Origin: Chrysemys picta bellii
Taxonomy: Eukaryota
Length of the DNA stretch: 64,000 nucleotides
NCBI RefSeq assembly: GCF_011386835.1
Contig: NC_088813.1
Span: 13,578,001-13,642,000, forward strand
Direction: 5' to 3'
Shown here piece by piece: positions 11,380 through 24,893 of this stretch (position 1 is its first letter; each line of letters begins with the position of its first letter). The notes under the pieces are model-generated. The model was not told the origin of the DNA. It was given only the letters and a program-made list of their open reading frames with translations, and made no database searches. A program made the position numbers and the translations under genes.

Positions 11380-12230
11380 CACGGGCGCTGTGGGGCCCCG
11401 GCCTTGGGCTCCCAGCACCAGCCCCCCCATGGGCCCAGGCCTGACCCCTCTGGGCAGCTCTGGGAGCCCTGGCTCGCCCTGGCGCCTTATTCCCATGCCC
11501 AGCCGCAGGAGGGCGCCCAGGAGCGCAGACGCCGGCCGCGGGCGGGAGGAGGCACCTCGTTCCCCCCGGCCGTGTCTCTACCTCTTTAAAGGGCGGGGCG
11601 CGTTGTGGGGAGGTTTGTCCGTTCCCGGCCGCCGTTCTCCTCTCTCCCTCCCTCCCCTCCCCCGTCCCCGGCCGCCATATTGTGGCCGCCGCAGCTCGAG
11701 CCGGAGCCTGGTGACGAGCCGCCGGAGCCGGAGATGGGTGAGGAGGCCGCTGCGCCCTGCGGGGGGCGGGCCCCACAGGGGGAGGCTCCAGCCCGGCGGG
11801 TCCGGCCGCCCCTGGCCGCTCCGGGGCCCGCTCGCCGGGCTCTGACACCGAGCCCATCACCCTGGTATCCGAGCGCCGGGCCCCTCCCCCCGAGAGTGTC
11901 GGGGGTTAGCCGGCCCCTGGGTGCCCGGCCCCCCCTCAGCCCCCTGGGCGTATCTGGCTCTAGGGGGCGGGGTCTGTCCCCTGCCCGCCCCGAGCCCCCG
12001 CTCTGTCGCCCCGGCCCCGGCCCCCCGCTCCCGGGCAGCGTTTCCTGCTCTGGGGGTGGCGAGCGGGGCCTGGCGTCGCGGGGCGGCCGGTGTTTCTGAC
12101 TCCCCGGTGGGGTGGCTGGTCGTGCGTCCGTGGGGCCTGAGTCTTTGATATGGGGCGGGGGGGGGTGATGGCGATGCCAGAGGGTGACTCCGGGGCCGGT
12201 CTGGTGGCAGCGCCCTCCCGTCTCTCTAGA
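11380..12230. promoter_or_regulatory. CpG island promoter of KPNA6
   Basis: Very high GC and CpG density. GC box at ~11591, pyrimidine tract 11635-11663, YY1 motif CCGCCATATT 11672-11681, spans exon 1. Confidence 0.85.
11734..11737 (+). CDS. KPNA6: KPNA6 exon 1 coding part (ATG G)
   Basis: GAG ATG G|GTGAGG in the CpG island. G plus AA of exon 2 gives Glu2 (MET M...). Confidence 0.8.
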
Positions 12231-12499
12231 GACGCTTCTGCTTATTCATTCTGAGCGCAGGTTGCTTCGCACTCCCCCCCCCCCCCCAATATATCTGCCT
12301 GTTCTGTCTTTTGGGGAAAGCTGCCCCCCCCCCCATCATGGTGAAGCAGCATCCTGCGGGCATGAGGCCATGCATGCTGATGGGGTGTAGGTAGGTCCCT
12401 TGGCTTGGATGCAATTTAAGGGGTTGTGCAGGTTTTTGGGAGACCATGAGAAGCAATAACACGTTGCTGCAGCCTGCTCTATGGGGGATGCACAACCCC

Positions 12500-12665
12500 C
12501 CCCTGACCTTTTGCATAATAGGGGGTTTGTCCCAGTGTCCTAGCCAAAATTTCCCCCGCCTTCACTTTTGCTTTAATTAGTTTGTTGGCTGACATCTCCC
12601 ACCCCAGAAGTGGTAGCATTTCAGAGGTACTGCCCTTTTCATCTAGAAAGGAAGGTGCTATATTG
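12500..12665 (+). mobile_element. Deu-domain SINE (AmnSINE1-like) fragment
   Basis: tagggggtttgtcccagtgtcctagccaaaattt...ccaccccagaagtggtagcatttcag...aaggtgctatat resembles the recalled AmnSINE1 body and tail. Confidence 0.45.
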
Positions 12666-15089
12666 TGCTTCAAAGGTTGCATGGTAAAGAGTATTTGGTT
12701 GGGCTTTATCAGCAATACTTAGAAGAGAGGAAACCGACAACCACAGTAATTTTGTTGTTCCCCAAAAATCATTGCAGCAATGGGATAGTTTGCCAACCAT
12801 GGGCCTGTTCACCTGGCTGTCAGGCTGGTATGCTAGCCATAAAATGCACAGGGTGGGGAGGAATCACTTTATCTCTTGACTTATAAAATGTGCTTACCTA
12901 ACCAGCTCTTTGGAGCTGGGCATTGTCTATCTGCATGTCTGGGAAGCACCTAGCACACTGTGGCCTCGGTCTAAATAATACTCAGGGCGTATGTATGAAG
13001 ATTAAAACATAAGTTACTCACTATCTGCTACTTTCTGCAAAATGCTGCTAACCAATCCCTTCCCCTCTCTCATTGAATAGATGAGCCTTATACACTTCCT
13101 GAAGTGGACCAATTCTTCCTAACCCAAGGCACCCTAGCTCTGCGTGTGTTTTTACCAAAGTCCAGTTCTGAGGCAAAACTTTCACTATGTATGTGGGGAA
13201 TCAATCAGTCTAGGACTGTTTCCTAGTGACTTAGTAGGGGAGATATCCTGAGGTAGCCAGGAATGAGACTTAAAAATGCTTCTCTGTTCTGCAGATCTAT
13301 TTAATCCTTTTGAGAGAAGCATGCTACTGAGTAGGGGCCTGTGTAGCTCTGCACAGATGTTCGGCTTGTTGGTGCCCTGTCCTTGGTTTCAAGCTAACTA
13401 GCAACAGCTGTTTGAATGTGAGTGTTGCTTACAGGTTTCTAGCATTGTTCTCTGAGCAGTATGAAGAGGAATTACTTTTCTGAGAACTTAACTATATAGC
13501 TGACCTCTCCTGCCTCTCGGTACTGGTTATGTAGTACTGTTATATTATTGTTCTTGGGTTGGGGCAGGGGAAGCCCGGTTCTGCCTTCAAGGAAACTATG
13601 CCAGAAACCTTCCAACAGCAACAATGTTCAAATGCAGCTGTTGCTAGCAAATCTTCATCCACAGTATGAATATGATCTAGTGTCAGGTCTCTCATTAATC
13701 AACGTGTATCTAGGGATCTTGGACTGCTTTACATTTTAAGCTTCATAGAAGGTGAAGATTAGATTAGCAGAGGATTGTACAGAATGGACTGCCGTGGTTG
13801 CAAACCTCCGATAATGGAGACGCCACATAAGAAGCTGATGACTGGAGAAAACTGAGCTGTTCCTAGGGGCCTGTTTCCCTTGCTGTGTTAAGGAATTAAA
13901 GTTTTGCAGGATAATACTGCAGTCATGTTAAACATATCTAGGTCTTCCATGGGTAGCAAAGATCAAACTGTTGTAATATCACTCTGTTAAAATGGTTAAG
14001 ACTGTGTTTTAAACACCTGAATAAAATGCTGCTCTGATTCTGACTTAGGTTAAAATAAAATCCTATTTAACTGTAATTACTCTATTTTTAATGTAATATG
14101 TAGTCCGTGGTGGTGGTAGACGAGTACAGTGACTTACTCAGTTCTATAGGCATCTGCACTTCCATATCTTTGCTTTAGGGAACTGTAGTCCTAGAGTTCA
14201 AGTGCTTGTTGTGGACTTCACAGAAACTTGATTTGACTCTTCTGTCTACAGTAGAATAGGCTGTCTTCTGGCAATGTGTAGAGAATGAGAGAACTCTCCT
14301 AGCTGGGCTATTGTCTAGTCCTAAGCTGTGTAGTAAATATTATGGTTTATAGCAAACTGACATCTACAAACAAATGACAACTGAACATTGCCTTTCAAAG
14401 ACTACTTTAGTAGCATCGTGAGAAGCTCTTATCTTCTCTCATTGGGCCTGAAATGAAGACTTCCTACCCAGAAAAATGTGAGACTCTGTTTTCTTGGGTT
14501 TTAACTAGCAGTGCATGATTTGAATTGGAGAGTGGGGAAGAAAGGACAAACTATACAACAGACTAAAGATGCTTTTGTAAAAGCAAGGACTCGCGTCTTG
14601 TTGGAGTTGACTGCTGATATTGTCTAGTAAGCCAGCTCTAGCTCAATGTCCTTCATGGTAGGATACGATTAGCACACCATGACCTTACCTCAAGCTTTTA
14701 CTCCACCTCCAAATACCTCTTCTGTGGCCTACCACAAAAACACTACTTAAGGTGGCCACAAGTCTGGGGAAGGTGATGGTTAAAGATGTTCTAGACTGTG
14801 CAATTCTATAAGGACTCATGATAGAGCTTGGAATGTAAAATCCTGACCAGAGAATTAGATATTAGATTTAAAAAAAATCACAGTAGACAAGTGTCCAATA
14901 GCTTGAACAATGAATTTAAAAAATATATATTTTCTCCTCAATCTAAAATTAATGGTTTAATCCAAAGATCACTTTCCTTCCCCTTAATGTCTCTCACTCT
15001 CTTATTTTAAAGAGACATACAGTTTTGTGACAATTATTCAAAAAAGACCATTTATTAAAATCCTACACTGATAGAATGTTAAGGTAGCA

Positions 15090-15233
15090 TGGCATGCTGG
15101 GATTGGACAGTGTGGGATGGATCACTCAATAATTTCCCTGCTCTGTTCTTCCCTCTGAAGCCTCTGGCACCGGCTGCTCGGAAGATAAGATGGGCCGCTG
15201 GTCTGACCCAGGATGGCTGTTCATATGTTCTTA
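15090..15233 (+). mobile_element. CR1 LINE 3' end fragment
   Basis: Ends ...ggtctgacccaggatggctgttcatatgttctta, a CR1 3' terminus. Confidence 0.7.
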
Positions 15234-18200
15234 AGTGTTCAAAAGTCAGAAACTGTCAAAGTTGAGGTGTTGCAGATGGTGTTAACTCTGCCTCTTTATG
15301 TATCTATAACACTAGGCCAATGATTTGGCCATGTATGTTTGTCAAATACAATATTACTCTACTACTCTTATATGTGCGGTGTTAGAGAAGAGCTCAGAAG
15401 CAAGTGTTCATTCGTTCACTATGCAACTTGGGCACATAAATGATGTTATTGGACTGTTTATGTAGCATACCAAGTAGCACTAAGACAGTACTGTTTGGGT
15501 CCCAAAGTTGGCAAGTTTAAGTAGTTAGGTGGCTGCTTTGGCTTGATTGTACATATTGGTCTGGATGCAGTGAGCATGTATTTAGTATTGGGATAATTGA
15601 ATGTGTGTTAAAATGGTTAGTGTAATAAAGGTAGGGGAATTGGTATCCCCATTACCTACAGTTAAAAAATAGTGGTTTTGGTTTTTTAATTTCTATACTG
15701 TACAAGTAAGCTTCACATGGACCTAATCTCTTATTGGGGGGAAAAAAATATACAATGTGCTATCTGATTCTTAAAGAGCACGTTAGCAAAGATGGGCATG
15801 CTGGGATTTTATATACCTCATAGCCTTCTTGCAAGATGAGTTTCAAGGCAATCTGGAATGGTGCAATTGTCATGAGTATTTCAAACACTGAGTTTAACTG
15901 TTTGACTTAGTTAAATGCCTAATCCTCTTGTTTAAGCACTTACTATAAAGGCCTAGCTGACTTTAGCTGTGGCAATATTACACATTGTAGATTTTCAACT
16001 CCGTCTGTGCTGGGGAACTGCACTTACTCAGGTGAGAAGGCTGCTGAAAACTTCAGAATCTTGTTTGGGGGTGGCTTGCAAGCAGAACTGAAGCTGGAAA
16101 GTGTTTTTTGGCAGTCAGCTAAGGAATGGATGGCTACCTTTACATGGAGGTATTCGGAGAATAAATGCAATCTTAACAGGATTGAATTTAGTGAAAAACC
16201 AATATAACAAGTGACTGCTGATTCCCTAGAAGAAAATCTTTACTTTTCCCTCTCTTACGCAGCCAGCTCCATGAGTAGACTGGCTGCATGTTCCAGTAAT
16301 GATGTCACATCACTAGCTCTTGGTAGCTAAAACAGAAGGGAATGAGCCAATGGTGACTGGTGCACCAGACAGCCAAAAGAACTGCGTGGATAAGCGTTTT
16401 ACTAGCACAGAATGTACTGTGTGAAAAGCACACAGCTATGGGATCTAAGGCAGGCTATGTTAAGACAGTTCTCAGCATTCACTGTATTTGTTTTTATTTG
16501 TGTTAAACATTCAGGAACATGTTTGTTCAATTAAAATACCTACCTTGAGAAAATGTAAAGGTTGGAGAGTCAAACATTTAACACAGAAAATATCCTAGTT
16601 AAAAGAACATTCTCAAGTCCTACTCTTTGCAGAACTGTTTCCCTATTAGTGTTTATAAGTAACACTTAAAAATAGTGTAACTAAGATCAGAAGGAATATT
16701 TTCAGTTTAATCTGTACGTTTGATAGTACTTTCCAGTATAGTCAACTTCACTCCTTTGTGTCTTCCACTAGGGGACAAAGACAACTTGAAAAAGTCACTG
16801 TAAAACTGCACAAATTAGTAGGGGGGACTGAATGGCAGGTGCAATACAAGAAACCACTTTTAACTAATTGTTGATATTAACTAATTTCAAGTTGTTGCTG
16901 TCCTTTTAAGGTTTATATGCAACACTGACTCAGCTCCTTTGTGCATGTGCATTTTGACAACTAAAATACAACTTAGTTTTCCCCTACAATTGTAAACATC
17001 CTGCAAAGTCTCTTGGTTTAGTTATGAACTCTTCAAGAAGGGAGTTCCTAAGACAAATGTTGACAGGTCCTTATCTGTAGCTGCTGCTGGTAAACCTGTT
17101 TGTGGAGGAATCTCTTCGCCAGCTTGTAAAGCAAGAGACTGTTCTAAACTAAACTTTTTTTTCCCCTACAGAAGGACACTATCCAGTTAAATTCTTTAAA
17201 AGAATTGTTCAGAATCCACTTCGACAGCACATCCTTTGAAATAGTGTCCTGAGTTTTACGAGGGTTTTTGTTTCTATTCCCCATTAAGATTAGTCTCTCC
17301 AACAAGGGAGAAACTGACTCTAGAAGAAGCAGTGAAATAGGCCATATACAATGTGCTGTCAATTGCATAAAGTAAATTGAAAGAAACCATCTTTTTGCTA
17401 ACTTACTTCAGTTACAGTAATCTCTGGCAGGTACAAACATTTTCCACCTATGGTTTTCAAATTGAATGTGTTTCTTACATCCTTCAACCTAGTCACTATA
17501 TTAGAAAGTTTAAAGAAAGGGGAGAAGGATTAAAATGAAATTCCAAAATATGTTACCTCTTGCTGTTTCATTATCTCCATAATATTGAATGGTTTAGTTT
17601 TCTAATTGAATGTGACAAGTTTTCTGCCATTTCCTTCATCACAAACTAGATCAACAACTTCCTGCTAGGAAGTGCCAATTAGCAGATGAATGCACTAGAG
17701 AGGCTGGAGACTTTCATTTATACTACGTTAGTTTTAGTAGAAAATTGTATTCAGAACTATTGCACATTCATAGCTCTTTCCATTCAAGGATCTCAAAGCA
17801 CTTTATAAATATTGAGTTAATCCTAGCAACCTCGTAGGTGCTGTATAAATCCAAAGTAGTCTCTGATGAAACAGCAGTGCATACTACTCACACTGAAGCA
17901 GGTTTCCATGATCTAACATACTTGCAGACACATCAGTCACTTAAGATTTTCATGAATAGTCCAAATATTGTATGGTGGTGATCCACTTCATTGTTTGTCT
18001 CTCCCCCCCCCCCCCCCCTTGGTTTCCAGCACCATTAAATAACCATTAGCTCATCCTTCTAACCCATGAAATGCTCATCCCTTTGGGATGAAGGAGGTGT
18101 GTATTCTGCAGTAGGTTTGCTTGGCTTTTAAACCTAAACCATTCCTTCAGAGCACAGTTTGTGGAAGGGCAAGCATTTCATTGGAAACAATCCCTTCAAA

Positions 18201-18579
18201 GAAAGGAACCTACTGAGTTTGTCACCCTAGTGATTATTAAAATTGATCGGTTTCCTGTTCAGTATATGAGGCCTGTTGACCTCCTTGAAGATAATTGTGT
18301 AGTTAGCTGAAAATATATGTTGATTCCTTATCTGCTGCAGGCAGCTGTTTGGGATTCTGCAAAATGAAACTGGGCTTGGAAGACAAACTTCTAGACAGAA
18401 GTAGAAACTTCAGAGAAATGGGGAAGGAAACTTTTTTTTTTCCATTGAAGCTTGCAGAGCTTGATGATTTGTCCTTGAGATGCACATGGAGTGCAGTCGA
18501 TTTGTGTGTCTGCAGGCAAATACATGCCAATCTGTACTGTAAAGCCTTGGCCACCCTATAATGAAACTGTGTGTGTCTT

Positions 18580-18586
<7 letters not shown>

Positions 18587-18614
<28 letters not shown>
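18587..18614. repeat. (TA)14 microsatellite
   Basis: Read directly. Confidence 0.95.
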
Positions 18615-21600
18615 GCACCATTATGAGGCTGTTCCTACGTTTAGAGGTGAATGATGTTGTAAATCAGGTGTCTAGTCCACTGACTTGCTTATTAGTATTG
18701 CCCTTTGTGCTACAGTTTCAATTCAGTAATACTTTATTGGCATGACAAATCAGGCAAATGTTGACCACATATAAAGGACCTTAGGTATCTGTCAGAGGTA
18801 GGTATGAATTGTGTTCTGTGATTTATCTTGTGTGCCTTTGTTATTACTATTTCTGCTCCCCAGACAAGGTGAGAACATAGCACTAGGCCATCTCTGCCAT
18901 CTTTCTCCTTTCTCCCAGGCCTGGGTACTGGTTCCGGGCTGCCGCGTCCCCCCCCCTCCCCCCCTTGCTTTTGGTGAAAAGTTTTATCATTCTTGATAAC
19001 TTGAGTATTGGTCTCACTGGTTTAGTAGGCAAGTCTGCTAGAGGTCAGGTGGGGGCTTTTGGTTGCTGTGAGATTGTCACATCTTAACATCTGGTATTGC
19101 TGATTAAAGTAAGAAGAGGAAACCATGTTAATTGCACTTCACCTAGGTTTGAAGTGTTGGATTGAAATGCTCCAAAACCAGACACATGGGTTCACCCAGG
19201 TTGTTTTCCATGCTGTGGTTGGGGCTCCTCAGATTTCATAATATAGGAAGAGTTTTTTTTCTCTTGGGACTGTTCAGTGTCCTGAGCTGCCAGAAGGAAG
19301 CTACTCGCTTCCTCCCAGATGGATAAACTGAGTTCAGTGCAGCTTACAGGACTAGGATCTCTTAGATGATATCAGGCCCTGTCTTTTCTGGATGGCCATA
19401 TAAATATCACACTTGTAAGGAGGCAGAGGGAAGAGACTGTCCCTTGTTCCACTGTTGTGTTCTGGGCAGCTTGACTAGTGCCTTCTTTCCCAGAGGTGGC
19501 CATGTTTGTGGTGCTGTAGCCTTATACTCTGAAGTGCCCTGGGATGGACAGAGCTATCGATGTGTACAGTATTGTTTTTTTTTTTTTTGGGGGGTGGGTA
19601 TTTTGATTGTGTGACTTTTTGACAAACATCTGACAACTTGCCTTGTCAAGGATGCTGTGTGTTCAGGGATGTGCAAAACATGAGCATGAAGTGTGTCTCC
19701 TGCTCACTTCCCCACTCCATCACTGACCGGTCTGTAGCAAGGGAAATCTGAGGGGAATTTATGCAAACTACAGGGTGGCTTTTGTTAGACCTCTGCAAGT
19801 TAGTCATTCTGACAAAAACTATTTCAATGTGTCAAGTCAATAAAATACCAGGAGACTGAGGTCAGCAGTGACCAGGCATTTCTTTCAGCTGTGGGTTTTA
19901 TGGGAGCAAGGAAGGGCTACAATGCAGCAGGAGTACTCGTGTGCAAACTCTGAGCTGAGAAACAGGGAGGTAGGTCAGAAATTTTGAGTGGTTCCTTGGA
20001 ACTTGCAGACAAGTCTCAGAAAGATGAGAGGAAAATATAACTAAAACAAAGAACATAGTAAGTGAGGTTGGTTGAATGGTACTTGGCAGTTATTAGTCAA
20101 CGAATTTTTCTGGTATTTGTCAAATAAGTTATTTGGTGCCATTTCAAGCTGGTCAGTACTGTTCAGCAAATGTGTTAGATTGATACCAGTGGGATTCATC
20201 ACATATATTCAATGAATTTCTCTACTGCAGTTGTAGAAATCTAATGCTTTTTAAAAAAATTTAACTAAGCTGATGATGCTACAGTTAAATATAGCATATA
20301 ATAAACTTAACACAACTGTTCTGTTTCTTAAATCTGAAGATGTGGCCTCTTGTGGTGGGGGTGTGGTGGCACGTGTCTCTTTCTCTGGTTATTAGGCTGT
20401 CTGAGACAGTAGGTGTTAGGTGTGGTTTCCCCTGGCCCCCCCTTGTCCTGCCCAGCAGCAGAACTGCTTTCATATTCTATTTTAGTTATAGAAACTTTCT
20501 TCCAAAGCTGCCCTTTTGAAAGGGTGTTTAGGCTAAAAAAATCCATGCTATCAAATTTGCTAATGTAATTGTTTCCCCTTTCTGTCTGCTTTTTGCCTCT
20601 GACTCAGCAGCCCAAGTCCTGATTTAGTCCCTGCAATGACTCAGCTAGGAGGCTTTTAACCAGCTGCCAAAAGGGAAACTATTTGAAGCAGGCATGTTCT
20701 GTAATGCAGGGGGTGAGCGAATAACAGCCTGAAAATTCCTAGTTGGGTTTCTGATCCAGCAGCCCTAGACTGTCACACAGGAGGTTTGTAATGACTGCAG
20801 ATGAGCGGGAGAGTAGAGATTGTAGCTCATGTTGGCCTGCACCCAGATGCTTTTGGAGGGGTCAGAATGGCCAGTCAATAGACCAACGTTACGTACAAAT
20901 TTCAGGGATTCTCCCTTTATTTTAATTAAAATGATTTACCCCAGCACTAGTGTATGATTAGGGTTGGGGAGTTTGGGGGATGCGGAGAGAGAGATGAGCT
21001 GCACCTCTAAAACTATAACAGCACATTTTAAATTAGCTTTACAAAGCCTCAATGGGACCTAAATCAATGACTTTAAAAAAGTAAAACAAATTATTTAAAT
21101 CCTTCTACTGCATTCCCAGCTATGAGAAATAATCACTGGCTAACAGGGTATGGTTTTTGTCATGCATCACTTAGGTTGAGGATACACTATTAATTTTAGT
21201 GAGGTGTTTGGATACCGTGACGCTGGGCATGGTATTAAAAACCTAGGTAGGATTTTAACAGCTCTTTTGGTAATTCTCCATGGGTTTCCTGGCAGAAATG
21301 ATCTTACAAAAGGAAATGAAAAATTAATCTCTCATCTGCTAGTCTACTGCCAGCCTCTCACCGGGAAGAGAAAAATAGTCCAACTGTAGAGGAATGATTA
21401 TTTTTTTAAAAAAGAGAAGGTTATGAAATAACTAACACCAATTATGTATCCTGCAAAATAAGACTTGTACTTAGATATTTGGTTATTTATTCAATACTCA
21501 AAATACATTCACCTGCAAAAAAAATAAAAAGCAGACCTGTCCATTTTTTGTGTATTAACATCTGACAGACATGCCTGGTCTCTTAAATATGGATAATTGG

Positions 21601-21933
21601 ATGTCACTCAGTAAAATCACTAGAAACCTGTCATAGGTGTCGTGATGGTCACTCTGTCATATGGTAACACCCTGTTAAACAGAGATCTGATGACTGTTAC
21701 TGGATAATGTCTCTTTAAACAAAAGCTACACAGTTGTTGTAATTGTTTTGTTTCTGATATTTACCTGGCAAGGATTTGTTAACCTGTTACTACTACTTAA
21801 ATAGTAAAAACCCACACCCCGCCTCCAAAAAACTCTCGGGTAGGATTTTAAAATCACTTCCATTCTGAGTCTCATTCTGTTGCCAGAATGGAAAGGCGGG
21901 AGAGTGAAAAAAAGTCGCTTACTTGTAATCCAA

Positions 21934-22196
21934 GGGTACGTCTACACTTACCTCCGGGTCCGGCGGCAAGCAATCGATGTTCTGGGATCGATCCCGGAAG
22001 TGCTCGCCGTCGATGCCGGTACTCCATGTCGGCGAGAGGAGTACGTGGCATCGACGGGGGAGGCTCGCTGCCGCGTCTGGACCCGCGGTAAGTTCGGACT
22101 AAGGTACTTCGAATTCAGCCGAATTCAGCTACGTTATTAACGTAGCTGAATTTGCGTACCTTAGTCCGAAGTGGGGGGGTTAGTGGGGACCAGGCT
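21934..22196. mobile_element. Harbinger-like MITE, CpG-rich, with internal palindromes
   Basis: Ends gggtacgtctacact...tagtggggaccaggct, 3-bp flanking duplication CAA/CAA, internal hairpin 22093-22170. Confidence 0.7.
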
Positions 22197-23699
22197 CAAG
22201 CAACCACTAGTCTTGTGTTTTGTGCCACAATCCTCTGAAAAGACATGACATACAGTGTAGAAATAGCATCCAGTTAACTCTCTGATTAGCTGAATGCCTT
22301 ACAGTCCTGTAAAGTGTGTAACCTTTATTCACTGTTCAATTTCAATGCATATGCAGAATTGATTTGGAAAGGCTTTTTATACATTATGTACTTGCATTCA
22401 TTCTGTGAAGGGTGTGCTATAATGTCTCCCTTAGTCTTCAGTGAACTGAGCTGCTAGTCTCCAGCTGATTTTTCTCCTCCTAGATGTAACCTCACTAATG
22501 TTAATCCAGTCTCATCAATCTCTGAATCTGAGTCCTTGTTCGGTTTCTGCACCTGTTCAGGTTTTTTAATGGATTCATCTGTTCCCACTGGAATTCAAAT
22601 ACAACTTGCCTTTGAGATGCTGTGCTGCAGCCACGACCCTCTTGGTCAAGAAATTAGTTTGGTTTCTGACTGGAGATTATAGCACTGCTCCCTCAGTTAG
22701 CCTTGGGGTGGGGAGTGCTCACTTCCCCTCCTTTCCTGTGTTGCCAAACTCACAGACTGGACTCTACATCTTCCCTACGCTGGGGACGACTATCCTTCCA
22801 GCCCACCCAAGGACTACGTTCAGGACTAGTAATCAAATGTATTTTTTGCATGTCTCTACTGATACCTGCCACTGCCTGGTCTCCTTGATCGAAGCTTCAC
22901 ACAGCCTTGCTCCATGGTACATATTGAACCGTATGCTCCATACAGTTTTTTTGATTTTCTGAAATACAGGTCTGGCCTATTGAGCTAGGGCTGCTTACTG
23001 TTATGCATTCAGGCTGTGAAAGAACATTTACTACTTGATATGCACAGCCTGTTTCTTAAATCTATTTAATGTGTCATTTTAGCACCGTTTATTTGATGCG
23101 TTTGGATTTGGCATCTTGGGGGCTAATAGCGGATTTGATTTGGAGGTACAGAGCTCTGGGATTCTTGAGGAAAGAGCTCTATATAAATGCAAATAGTAGC
23201 TCTTCTACTCAATGGAATTGCTGTGAATAAACTTTATTGCGGTAAGAAGCTTCTTAACTGTGGAACGCATCAGCCTATGAATGAGCATGATATCAAAGAG
23301 GAATACTGCCATCCAGGAAGAAGTGAAGTCTGTCCCAGACTTGGCCAGAGAGATGTGATTAAACTGAGACTGACTAGACTAGCCACCTGCATGTTCCTCT
23401 TTTAAAGGAAGAGTCTGAGCTGTATTTTGTGTGATGAATGAGGAGCAGCTTCTCAAATGGGCTTCATCCTCTGAAAGTGAAAGAGCCAGGAGTTCTTAAA
23501 GGTTAACGGATTTGGTTTTTGTTGTGCATGCTCAGGTGCTGGAGTGACAGCCCTCCAGACCGATGTTCTTTAGCCACAGAACAAGCATTGTCTAGGCAGA
23601 TGGAGTGCAAGCTTCACCTATGCTGCCTTGCCAGGGACTGCCGTCCCTGCCTGGACATCTGCCATCTGGGAATTAGATATACTTTAGTTCAAGCAGCAA

Positions 23700-23788
23700 T
23701 TAAATCAGGGAAGTCCTGTGGGCTGTGCTGTCTAGGAGGTCAGACTAGGTGATCACTATGGTCCCTTATGGCTTTATAATCTATGAAT
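23700..23788 (+). mobile_element. CR1 LINE 3' end fragment
   Basis: ...ggaggtcagactaggtgatcactatggtcccttatggctttataatctatgaa. Confidence 0.7.
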
Positions 23789-24893
23789 TGAGCTGAGACT
23801 TTACAAACTCCATTTGTACAGGTCAGTGATCAGCCATCAACCAGCTTAGTGGTCTTCCAGTTATGAAACTAACTGGAACGTTAGTGCCTGTAGATTAGGA
23901 TAAAATCACTTGTGGTGCTGGACCTCTGGGGTGGGGGGCTGGAGTTTGTAGGTTACTGTGCTGTTTTTTAGAATGGGTGTCAGAGGTTTAGGTGTGTTGA
24001 TGAGGTACATCTCTCTATACTTAAGACTGGCTGCACATCAGTTGATAGAACTATTTATGAACCTAATTATACCAGCACGAGGGAGAAAATGACTTAAGAC
24101 AGGTGAACTTGGCCCACGAGAGGGCAGCTAGGACACTGGTAATGGGCACTCTTCATAGCCATTTATTAGGCAAGTGGTAATACTTAACCAGTCCGTAACA
24201 CCTGCCATCCAAAGATCTTGTATCTTCAAACACTGACCCCCTGCCTCTCAGGAGTGCTGTGAGGCTTAATTTTCTCCTTTTTACTGATGGCAAGCAGAAA
24301 GGCAAAACTGAACTAGGGAGGCTGCGACATGCTGGGGTAACGCAGTGTGATGCACGAAGATCCCCAGACAATTAGAGTGTTGCTGCCCTTGGCAACATGA
24401 GATGAGAGTGAGGACCAAGGGCAAGCTGGTGAAATGAAGTACAGGAGGCTGGACGTGCTGCTGCCTTGCTGTCCTGAGAAAAGGATGTTCATGGTCCCCT
24501 TTGCAGGAGTCTCCTGAATTCAGGCTCTTATGTCCAGGTTTTCCCTTTGAGTCTTCTCCAACCCCAAGACGAGCATGTTGCCGGAGGAGGGCAGGACATG
24601 GCGCTGCTGCTGCCAAAAGGGCCAGAGGGTTTGCTACCAAATGTAGAGGCCATTCCCCGCTCTGGGGAGCCATTGGGCAAGCTGAGCACATTGCTTGAGC
24701 AGCATTCTGGGGCAGAGACTTGCTCTTCTGAAGTCTTCCATGAGGAGAATAGTTTGCTTTTAATTAGCTCTTTGCATTGGTTTTCCTTGACAAGCACAGT
24801 AGTTAAGCTGGGAATCCCAGCCTCCTGACTGGTTCACTACCCAGTACATTTTTTTTGGGATAGCAGAGACACGACTTGATGATTTTGGGCAGT

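Noticed and set aside
11404-11589. ORF starting MGSQ, reminiscent of MARCKSL1 (the human neighbour of FAM229A)
   Set aside because: Similarity stops after four residues. No MH2 or Lys-rich effector domain anywhere in the window.
10913-12099. Long ORFs (310, 185, 164 aa) over the KPNA6 promoter
   Set aside because: Arise from stop-poor GC-rich island and minisatellite sequence. Low-complexity G/R/A/P translations, open in several frames, no recognisable domain.
13835-13855. C/D box-like pair TGATGA...CTGA
   Set aside because: Only ~11 nt between boxes and no terminal stem. Far too short for a snoRNA.
24281-24828. Cluster of overlapping ORFs in a GC-richer intronic patch
   Set aside because: Several frames on both strands are open, none resembles a known protein. 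Probably a decayed repeat.
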